Below, in pieces: positions 1 to 7,291 of a DNA stretch of 15,556 bases. The stretch spans positions 1-15,556 of the forward strand of contig JBHHUM010000049.1 of the NCBI GenBank assembly GCA_046861645.1, in the 5' to 3' direction. Made by a program: the position numbers and the translations under genes. The notes under the pieces were generated by a model. The model did not search any database, was not told the DNA's origin, and was given only the letters and a program-made list of their open reading frames with translations. Within the stretch, counting starts at the first letter, position 1. The number at the start of each line of letters is the position of its first letter. The stretch comes from Fidelibacterota bacterium (GTDB taxonomy: Bacteria > Fidelibacterota > Marinisomatia > Marinisomatales > UBA2128).

Positions 1-582
1 TTTAGAAATCATAGCGATGCAAATCATACTGACGGAGAAGCTGACAGCATCGATGGTAAAAAGGTGGGTAAGACCCACCCAGGCGAAAAGTGCTCCTGCC
101 AATACCGGACCGGAAAGATGAGCAAGTTGTCCTGATGTGGAGATAAAAGCGTTGGCAGAGGTGAGGTTTTCAGGTTTCACCAAGCTGGGGATGAGGGCAT
201 CACGGGCTGGGTAAAAGAGCGTTCCGAAAGTGGAGACTGTGAATGCGATAAGACCAATGACAATGGGCTCTGTACCACCTGTCATTAGGTAGGCTACTAA
301 GGATCCAACAAATATCATACGGGAGATGTCTGAAAAAATCATAACCCTCCTCCGGTCAAACTTGTCGCCTACTACTCCAGCCGCCAGGCTGAACAGTACG
401 GCGGGAAGATAGGCACTGACAGCCACCAGTGACGTGGAGGTTTTGGAACCGGTGAGCTCCAGGATCAACCAAGGTAAAGAAATCTGGTAGATAGCGTCAC
501 CTGCGTGAGAGATGATGTGACCCAACCACAAGAGAAAGATAGGCTTGTTGATGGTTTGGAGTCCTGTTTTAATATTAGACAT
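1..582 (-). CDS. MFS transporter (DHA3/MefA/EntS-like), N-terminal half; runs off the left edge
   Basis: Not in the ORF track. Manual translation from ATG at 582-580 is open to base 1: MSNIKTGLQTINKPIFLLWLGHIISHAGDAIYQISLPWLILELTGSKTSTSLVAVSAYLPAVLFSLAAGVVGDKFDRRRVMIFSDISR...FYPARDALIPSLVKPENLTSANA. It has MFS motif A (GxxxDKxxRR) and successive TM helices. Confidence 0.9.
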   Translation of the reverse strand, partial: MSNIKTGLQTINKPIFLLWLGHIISHAGDAIYQISLPWLILELTGSKTSTSLVAVSAYLPAVLFSLAAGVVGDKFDRRRVMIFSDISRMIFVGSLVAYLMTGGTEPIVIGLIAFTVSTFGTLFYPARDALIPSLVKPENLTSANAFISTSGQLAHLSGPVLAGALFAWVGLTHLFTIDAVSFSVSMICIAMISK

Positions 583-659
583 TGAGCGGAATTTGAATCC
601 CCTTCGTTAGATATCAAATTGAAATTGGTTTTTTCTGAGAAATGGGGCAGGGAAAACGT

Positions 660-688
660 TTCGTATTTGCTGAATGTGGGATTAAATT
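660..688 (+). promoter_or_regulatory. Possible sigma70-type promoter for the ferredoxin gene
   Basis: TTCGTA (660-665), 17 bp spacer, TAAATT (683-688) in the AT-rich divergent intergenic region. The match is weak. Confidence 0.3.
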
Positions 689-749
689 CACTGGAACTTT
701 TATTAAGGTAAGCTCTTTAATCGGATCAAAAAGTCAATAGGAGGAAAAG

Positions 750-1037
750 ATGACCTATATTATCTGTGAACCTTGTGTGGGTGTCTGTGATACGGCCTGT
801 GTTGATGTCTGTCCTGTGGACTGTATTCATCCCACCAAGGATGAATGGGATGAGAAAGGGTACGATGAAGATAATCTGGAAGGGAAGCAGCTCTATATTG
901 ATCCAGAAGAATGTATTGATTGTGGAGCATGTGAACCAGAGTGCCCGGTTGAAGCCATCTTTGAGGAAAGTGAAGTTCCAGAAGAGTGGGATTCATTTAT
1001 TGACAAGAACTATACCTACTACGGACAATCCCGCTAA
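750..1037 (+). CDS. fdxA: Dicluster ferredoxin (7Fe FdxA-like, [3Fe-4S]/[4Fe-4S] or 2x[4Fe-4S])
   Basis: Motifs CVGVCDTACVDVCPVDC and CIDCGACEPECPVEAIF; very acidic; strong RBS AGGAGG at 739-744. Confidence 0.93.
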   Translation: MTYIICEPCVGVCDTACVDVCPVDCIHPTKDEWDEKGYDEDNLEGKQLYIDPEECIDCGACEPECPVEAIFEESEVPEEWDSFIDKNYTYYGQSR

Positions 1038-1060
1038 GTAGCAGGCAACATTAGGATATC

Positions 1061-1097
1061 GAGCGGTTGTTCTGATGAGCAACCGCTCTTTATGTTT
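1061..1097 (+). terminator. Rho-independent terminator after the ferredoxin gene
   Basis: GAGCGGTTGTTC-TGAT-GAGCAACCGCTC forms a 12-bp stem (one G:U) with a 4-nt loop, followed by TTTATGTTT. Confidence 0.8.
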
Positions 1098-1113
1098 GGA
1101 TGGATAAATATTT

Positions 1114-2262
1114 ATGACCAGTGAAGAAATAAAAGATTTATTGAAAGAAGTGAAATATCCCGGTTTCAGTCGCGATATTGTTTCCTTTGGGATTATTAAG
1201 GATATTCGCACTCTGGGAGATAAAGTGGAAATAGATCTCCAGATTACCTCTCCCAGCGAAGAGACAAGATCGGCGATCAAGTCCGGAGTGGAAAAAGTGC
1301 TGCTTGAGAAAGGTGGATTTGCTTCCGTAGAAGTGTCAATGAGGGGTGGGACTTCAAGTACTCAACGGCAGATGCCTGCGGGGAGTCCTCCTCCGACCAT
1401 TGCCCTGCCGGATATCAAATATACCATAGCTGTAGCCAGTGGGAAGGGAGGAGTAGGTAAATCCACTGTGGCAGTTAATCTTGCTGTGGGTCTGGCACTT
1501 GCCGGCAACCGCGTGGGGCTGCTTGATCTGGATATCTATGGGCCCAGTCTTCCGATTTTGATGGGTTTGAACGAACGCCCTAATATGACTGAACAACGGA
1601 AATTAGTCCCTTTGCAAAAACATGGAATTAAACTGATGTCATTTGGTTTTCTCAGTGGTAACGAAACCCCTGTAATCTGGCGGGGTCCCATGGTAGCCAG
1701 AATGACAGAACAATTCTTCACAGATGTGGAGTGGGGTGAACTGGATTACCTGATAATGGACTTGCCCCCAGGGACCGGTGATATTCAACTTACCCTGACT
1801 CAACGCCTACAACTCGCAGGGGCTATCATCGTTACTACTCCTCAGGATTTAGCTGTATCTGATGTACGCAAAGGGGCGGATATGTTTGGTAAGGTTAATA
1901 CACCGGTATTGGGAGTCGTAGAGAATATGTCCGGATATGTGCTTAACGGAGTGGTACGTGATGTTGCTGGTCAGCCAATGGGAAATGTTTCCCTTTCAAT
2001 TCCTGGAAAGAACGGTTCTTCAACTGTAAAAACAGCTGCTGATGGACAGTTTAGCTTGGAGGTAGATCTCTTTAAACGTGGGGGGGGATTGGCGGAAAGC
2101 AGTCGTTTGGATGTCCCTTTACTTGGTGAAATTCCAATTTCCCTCGAACTGATGGTATCGTGTGATGAAGGTGTTCCACTGGTGCTTAAAAATCCTGATT
2201 CACCTGCTGGTAAAGTTTTTAAACATATGGTGGCTAAAGTGGAAGATGTATTATCTGGCTGA
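1114..2262 (+). CDS. apbC: Mrp/ApbC (NBP35 family) P-loop ATPase, Fe-S cluster carrier, with an N-terminal DUF59/FeS_assembly_P-like domain; atypical, lacks CxxC
   Basis: Deviant Walker A GKGGVGKST, DLDIYGPS, WRGPM, DLPPGTGD, TTPQ and GVVENMS; N-terminal VKYPGFSRDIVSFG domain. Confidence 0.93.
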   Translation: MTSEEIKDLLKEVKYPGFSRDIVSFGIIKDIRTLGDKVEIDLQITSPSEETRSAIKSGVEKVLLEKGGFASVEVSMRGGTSSTQRQMPAGSPPPTIALPDIKYTIAVASGKGGVGKSTVAVNLAVGLALAGNRVGLLDLDIYGPSLPILMGLNERPNMTEQRKLVPLQKHGIKLMSFGFLSGNETPVIWRGPMVARMTEQFFTDVEWGELDYLIMDLPPGTGDIQLTLTQRLQLAGAIIVTTPQDLAVSDVRKGADMFGKVNTPVLGVVENMSGYVLNGVVRDVAGQPMGNVSLSIPGKNGSSTVKTAADGQFSLEVDLFKRGGGLAESSRLDVPLLGEIPISLELMVSCDEGVPLVLKNPDSPAGKVFKHMVAKVEDVLSG

Positions 2263-2278
2263 TCTTACTTTTTTGTAA

Positions 2279-3061
2279 ATGCTCCTGACAACCATTTCAA
2301 TACTTACCTTTAATTTATTTGGTGCCATGTTTCCCCTGTTATTCTGGTCGGTTAACATGCAACCATTGAATCAGGGGTTTCATCGCTTTATTCTCGGTTT
2401 GAGCAGTATCATAAGTGGGGTAGGGGTCATATTTGTCTGGTCGATGGTCAACTCGATCAGTATGAATGTTCGTATTGGAACATTAGTCTGGTTAATCTCC
2501 CTGTTAGCAGTAACTATATTTTATTGGCATCGACAGAGGATTCACAAGTGGGTGATTACCATTCCTTCACTATTAGGTATCCTGGCTTTTTATAGAGTGT
2601 TGAACGATATGATTTCAGGTGATATTGAACTGTTTGGGGTTTCTTTGCTGGGAGGACTCATTCTCTGCAGCGCTCTATTTGCCATGATATTAGGGCATTG
2701 GTATCTCAATGTAGTTTCCCTGCCTATCAGTCTGTTAAAGTCATCGGTTAAGTTTCTACTGTTGGTTGTAATAGTAAGGATTCTCTGGGATACGGGGTTT
2801 ATTTTTATGGGGAAAGTCCTCTATAATGGTATGCCCCTGTCTATGTCACAATTTATGCGGACATTTGATGGGTTTTTCCTTTTTTTTGCTCTTTTCTTTG
2901 GGACTCTTTTGCCTCTGGTACTTGGGATATTAACCCTTAAGACCATAGCCATTCAGTCGACACAATCTGCTACAGGTCTGCTGTATGTTATCGTTATTGC
3001 TGTGGTTATGGCGGATTTGTTTTACAAGTATTATCTGGTGCAGGTAGAGTTGCCCTTGTAA
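2279..3061 (+). CDS. Uncharacterised polytopic membrane protein (about 8 TM), motifs AMILGHWYL and TQSATGLLY
   Basis: 260-aa ORF with about 8 hydrophobic segments; 16 bp after apbC and 1 bp before the next gene. Confidence 0.8.
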   Translation: MLLTTISILTFNLFGAMFPLLFWSVNMQPLNQGFHRFILGLSSIISGVGVIFVWSMVNSISMNVRIGTLVWLISLLAVTIFYWHRQRIHKWVITIPSLLGILAFYRVLNDMISGDIELFGVSLLGGLILCSALFAMILGHWYLNVVSLPISLLKSSVKFLLLVVIVRILWDTGFIFMGKVLYNGMPLSMSQFMRTFDGFFLFFALFFGTLLPLVLGILTLKTIAIQSTQSATGLLYVIVIAVVMADLFYKYYLVQVELPL

Positions 3062-3062
3062 A

Positions 3063-3473
3063 ATGTCTATTTCAGTTGGGAAGGAATGTAGCCAGTGTGG
3101 TCACTATTATCACTTAATCAGAGAAGCGGAAAATGTAGTAAAATGTCCTCACTGTGGTGACGAGACAACAATTGATGTTGGTTTTACTGAGAAGTTAAAG
3201 GGATGTCCATTTTGTCATAGCAGGCAGTTTTATAAACGTAAGGATTTCAACCAGGTTTTAGGGTGTAGTATCGTAATTATTGGCGCTGTTCTGGTTCCTT
3301 TCACCTACGGTTTAAGCCTGCCGATTCTGATCATAATCGATTGGATACTCTATCATCGTTTTCCAGACGTGGTGGTTTGCTATCGATGTGGCGCTGAGTA
3401 TTACGGGTTGGTTCACATTCCAGAGCACATTGAGGGATTCGATCATCATATAGGGGAATTGTACGAGAAATGA
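3063..3473 (+). CDS. Small membrane-anchored protein with four CxxC motifs (zinc-ribbon / metal-binding)
   Basis: C9xxC12, C28xxC31, C48xxC51, a hydrophobic stretch at about aa 65-97, C106xxC109 and C-terminal FDHH. Confidence 0.82.
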   Translation: MSISVGKECSQCGHYYHLIREAENVVKCPHCGDETTIDVGFTEKLKGCPFCHSRQFYKRKDFNQVLGCSIVIIGAVLVPFTYGLSLPILIIIDWILYHRFPDVVVCYRCGAEYYGLVHIPEHIEGFDHHIGELYEK

Positions 3474-3501
3474 TAGAATTGGTTGTGGGGTAAAGGGAAA
3501 C

Positions 3502-3530
3502 TTGACAATCGTGAATTCGGCACTTAATTT
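3502..3530 (+). promoter_or_regulatory. Sigma70-type promoter for the uppS-rseP operon
   Basis: Perfect -35 TTGACA (3502-3507), 17-bp spacer, -10 TAATTT (3525-3530), in the 79-bp gap before uppS. Confidence 0.65.
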
Positions 3531-3552
3531 GGCAAGCTGAGCTGGTGCAAAT

Positions 3553-4296
3553 ATGAAGGAAGAAGAACTGCGAGAAGTAATCGAGGTTAACGGGAACATT
3601 CCCCGTCACATTGCCATTATTATGGATGGTAATGGCAGATGGGCTAAATCGAAATCGCTTCCCAGATTAGCTGGTCATCGGGAAGGGATAAATTCAGTCC
3701 GAGAGATTACCCGGGTCTGCGGTGAACTGGGTGTTGAATATCTGACGCTTTATACTTTCTCCAAAGAAAATTGGGCCAGGCCGAAATCAGAAGTTTCCGC
3801 TTTAATGAAATTGCTGGTAGAAACGATTCGCAGGGAAGTTGATAATCTTATGAAAAATAATGTGCGGCTACAGGTCATCGGGCGGATAGCAGATCTTCCT
3901 GAAGCCCCCAGGAAAGCATTGCAGGAAGGGATAGAACTGCTTCGTAATAATACAGGACTTAATCTTGTTCTAGCCCTGAACTATGGCGCCAGAACCGAAC
4001 TTCTTGATGCTGTCCTCGCTATTTGCAGAGATATAGAAAAAGGGGACTTTACTGTAGACCAGTTGAATGAAATTTCTTTTCCAAAATACCTCTATACTGC
4101 GGGGATTCCTGATCCGGATATGATTATTCGAACCAGCGGTGAATATAGAATAAGCAATTTCCTGTTATGGCAACTTGCCTATACTGAGATTTATTTTACT
4201 CCTGTCTTCTGGCCAGCTTTCCGAAAGTGTGAACTTTACGAAGCTATTATTGATTATCAGAACCGAGAAAGGCGGTTTGGAAAGGTTAGTGAATAG
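3553..4296 (+). CDS. uppS: Undecaprenyl diphosphate synthase (cis-prenyltransferase)
   Basis: Motifs HIAIIMDGNGRWA, FSKENWARP, NYGAR, IRTSGEYRISNFLLWQ and RERRFG. Confidence 0.97.
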   Translation: MKEEELREVIEVNGNIPRHIAIIMDGNGRWAKSKSLPRLAGHREGINSVREITRVCGELGVEYLTLYTFSKENWARPKSEVSALMKLLVETIRREVDNLMKNNVRLQVIGRIADLPEAPRKALQEGIELLRNNTGLNLVLALNYGARTELLDAVLAICRDIEKGDFTVDQLNEISFPKYLYTAGIPDPDMIIRTSGEYRISNFLLWQLAYTEIYFTPVFWPAFRKCELYEAIIDYQNRERRFGKVSE

Positions 4297-4313
4297 ATGA
4301 AGGAGGTAACCGA

Positions 4314-6686
4314 GTGATCAGAAATTTTAGGTTCGCAGGAGTTGTCTGGCTTTTGTTTACTGTTTTGGAAGGACAAGCTGCCGATAGAATTACGCTATTG
4401 GGTGTAGAGGTATTGGGTAATCGGTATGTTTCGGATATCTATATTCAACGAACGTCAGGTTTGGTTATTGGCAAGGAAATCCTTCCTGGTGATTTTGGTA
4501 CAGCAGTGAGGAAATTGTGGGACTCAGATGCTTTTGCTGATGTTCAGATTACCCTCGATGAGGAAACCGAAGAGGGCATCTATATTGTAATAGAGGTCGT
4601 AGAAAATCCAGAATTAGAGGAAATAGAATTTGTTGGTGGAAAGAAAAAACAGAAGGAAATCAAAGAGGATTTGAACCTCTATAGTGGGATGAGAATTCCT
4701 CCTCATCTTTTAACTGAAATTGAACAGAAAATAAAGGAGATGTATGCCGAAGATGGCTTTCTTTTAGCTGAAGTAACTGCGGAGTTGAGAGATGGTGAGA
4801 CCGAGGGTCGTAAAAATCTCCTTATTACAATCGATCCCAAAGATAAAGTAAAAACTCGAGACATCAGGTTTTCAGGAAATGAAGCGTTTTCTGACAGAAA
4901 ACTCAGGAAGCAATTAAAAGAGACTAAAATTCAAAAGTGGTACCTGTTCTGGCGTTCGAATTTTGATGCAAAGAAATACGACGAAGACAAAGGTTTACTC
5001 ACGGATTTTTATATGAACAATGGTTACCGAGATTTCAGTATTAGTTCCGATACTGTCTATTACTCTGAAGATGAGCGAGGTTATGTCATAGAGATTAATG
5101 TCGAAGAGGGTAATCAGTATTATTTTCGGAATTTCTCATGGACAGGAAACACCATTTTCAGTGAGGAACAGCTCTTTTCACGACTTAATATCCAACCCGG
5201 TGATTTATATAACCAGGAGGAATTTAATCTTGCTGTTTTCGATCGTGTCCAGGGAGCCTATATGGACGATGGTTACATTTACAGTCAGATAGTACCGGAA
5301 ATAGCTCCCATAGGTAGAGATTCTCTGGACATTACCTTCAGCATTACCGAAAACAATCAGGTTTCTGTTCGCAAAATAGATATTGCCGGTAACACTAAAA
5401 CAAGGGAAAATGTAATCAGGCGTGAATTGAAGATTATGCCGGGTGACATTTTCAACCGTGAACTACTCATGCGCAGCGCCCGAGAGATCATGATCCTCAA
5501 TTATTTTGCTGATGTAGTCCCGGATGTTGTTCCCGTGGATGAGGATGAGATCGATTTGCGAATTACTGTGGAAGAAAAGGTGTCTGACCAGGCTACAGCC
5601 TCGATCGGTTTTGCAGGGGAATACGGCATTACAGGTGGTGGGTCGGTTGAGTTCAATAATTTTCTAGGGAAAGGCCAGCAGCTCGCTTTCCGCTTCCAAC
5701 AGGGGGCACAGAATGTAAACAGTTATTATTATGGACAGGGACAGGCTGCCCGCTATCGCCAGTTTTCATTTAGTTTTGTGGATCCCATGGTTAATGATAC
5801 CCCTGTTCTGATAGGATTTTCGACCTTTTATTATCTCCGGGGGAGAAATAGTTCCTACTATGGTTTACCCCTTGATCGCGAGGTTATTGGTGGTTCGATA
5901 CGTTTCGGCAAGCGGCTCAAATGGCCGGATAATTATTTCCGGTCCACCTGGGTTCTGCAAGGAACTCGGAAATCGTACAGAGGTTCGGAAGAAGACCTCC
6001 AGAATTACGTTAGTGGCTTCAGAGAAACTAACGGTCTTAGCATTGGACAGGTGATTAGCCGTGATAGTCGAAATCACCCCGAGTTTCCATCGGTGGGATC
6101 GGTTTTTAATTGGTCCTCAACGATTTCTGGTGGACCCTTGCAGACACCTCTGTTTAATGTCCATGAAAATTTTCATAAACACGTATTTCGCTTTGATTGG
6201 TATGCTCCGGCATTCTGGAAATTTGTCCTGGCAAGCTCATTACAGTTTGGAGCTATTAAGGAAATACCTACAAAAGGAGTCGAGCGATCTATTATTCCAG
6301 TGGACGATCGCTTCATAATGGGTGGTTCTGGAATTCCCTACGGCACAATGTTACGTGGTTACGTTGATAATACTGTTGGACCTTATAACGGTAGGCCGAT
6401 AGGTGGACAGGTAATGATGAAATATTCTGCTGAGTTTCGCATGCGGTTTTCAGATAATCCTACCGTATATGGTCTACTATTTGCTGAGATGGGAAATGTC
6501 TGGGAAGATTTTGCAGAGACAGATATTTTTGACCTGAAACGGTCGGCAGGAGTGGGGATCCGAATGTTCATGCCTATGGTTGGTATGTTGGGATTTGACA
6601 TGGGTTATGGTTTCGACGATGTACGTGCCACATCTGAATCACCTGAAGGGTGGCGTTTCCACGTACTGTTTGGAATGCCCTTTTAG
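4314..6686 (+). CDS. bamA: Outer membrane protein assembly factor BamA
   Basis: Signal peptide, POTRA repeats (GNTKTRENVIRREL), barrel motif LRGY, C-terminal beta-signal ending in F; RBS AGGAGGT at 4301-4307 before a GTG start. Confidence 0.96.
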   Translation: MIRNFRFAGVVWLLFTVLEGQAADRITLLGVEVLGNRYVSDIYIQRTSGLVIGKEILPGDFGTAVRKLWDSDAFADVQITLDEETEEGIYIVIEVVENPELEEIEFVGGKKKQKEIKEDLNLYSGMRIPPHLLTEIEQKIKEMYAEDGFLLAEVTAELRDGETEGRKNLLITIDPKDKVKTRDIRFSGNEAFSDRKLRKQLKETKIQKWYLFWRSNFDAKKYDEDKGLLTDFYMNNGYRDFSISSDTVYYSEDERGYVIEINVEEGNQYYFRNFSWTGNTIFSEEQLFSRLNIQPGDLYNQEEFNLAVFDRVQGAYMDDGYIYSQIVPEIAPIGRDSLDITFSITENNQVSVRKIDIAGNTKTRENVIRRELKIMPGDIFNRELLMRSAREIMILNYFADVVPDVVPVDEDEIDLRITVEEKVSDQATASIGFAGEYGITGGGSVEFNNFLGKGQQLAFRFQQGAQNVNSYYYGQGQAARYRQFSFSFVDPMVNDTPVLIGFSTFYYLRGRNSSYYGLPLDREVIGGSIRFGKRLKWPDNYFRSTWVLQGTRKSYRGSEEDLQNYVSGFRETNGLSIGQVISRDSRNHPEFPSVGSVFNWSSTISGGPLQTPLFNVHENFHKHVFRFDWYAPAFWKFVLASSLQFGAIKEIPTKGVERSIIPVDDRFIMGGSGIPYGTMLRGYVDNTVGPYNGRPIGGQVMMKYSAEFRMRFSDNPTVYGLLFAEMGNVWEDFAETDIFDLKRSAGVGIRMFMPMVGMLGFDMGYGFDDVRATSESPEGWRFHVLFGMPF

Positions 6687-6763
6687 GGTCGGACATTCGT
6701 AAATTAACTGTTAAGGAAAGAATCATTTCGCCCCCCAAGTTATCAAGTAAATAGGAGGAAGAT

Positions 6764-7288
6764 GTGAAAATAGTGAAAAGAACCCTTATATTTTTGGGTA
6801 TAATAGTTTTACCTATGACCCTGACGGCACAAAAGATTGCCTATGTGCAAGTCCAACGGGTATTGGGAGAGTGGGAAGAGTATGGAGAAGTGGCTCAACA
6901 ACTTGAGCTCGAACTCAGAAAAGCTCAATTTGAGTTTCAGGCCATGACGTCCCGACTGGACAGTTTACAGAATGTATTTGAAGCGCAGCAACTGATGAGT
7001 TCACCTCAATGGCGTCGAGAGAAGGAGGCAGAAATTGTCGAACTTCAGAAGCGAGTACAGGAATACCAAATTAATCAAACGGATGAATTCAGTAGAAAGC
7101 AGACCGAAGCCGAGGGGCCGCTTCTCGAACGATTTCAAATCGCTGTACGAAAAGTAGCTGATGAAAAGGGTTATGACCTTATTTTTGACGCTGCGGCACT
7201 ACTTCATGCTGAACAGGTCTTTGACGTGACAGAAGATGTTCTATACGAGCTTCGTCGTGGTGAGCAAGCGAAATCTGACGGGAATTGA
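6764..7288 (+). CDS. skp: Periplasmic chaperone Skp/OmpH
   Basis: Signal peptide, then KIAYV, a coiled-coil body, GYDLIFD and DVTEDVL; follows bamA; RBS AGGAGG at 6753-6758. Confidence 0.92.
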   Translation: MKIVKRTLIFLGIIVLPMTLTAQKIAYVQVQRVLGEWEEYGEVAQQLELELRKAQFEFQAMTSRLDSLQNVFEAQQLMSSPQWRREKEAEIVELQKRVQEYQINQTDEFSRKQTEAEGPLLERFQIAVRKVADEKGYDLIFDAAALLHAEQVFDVTEDVLYELRRGEQAKSDGN

Positions 7289-7291
7289 TTC

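Noticed and set aside
2080..2087. G8 homopolymer in apbC as a phase-variation tract
   Set aside because: It encodes the conserved Gly-rich GGG motif, the frame is intact, and the tract is short.
4294..4296. TAG-to-Gln (or pyrrolysine) recoding suggested by the uppS amber codon
   Set aside because: bamA ends with TAG straight after its required C-terminal Phe, so TAG functions as a stop in this genome.
6704..6767. TTAAC-T-GTTAA palindrome in the bamA-skp gap and an ATG-TGA start-stop overlapping the skp GTG
   Set aside because: Too short and AT-rich to distinguish from chance; no U-tract terminator, and SD spacing favours the GTG.
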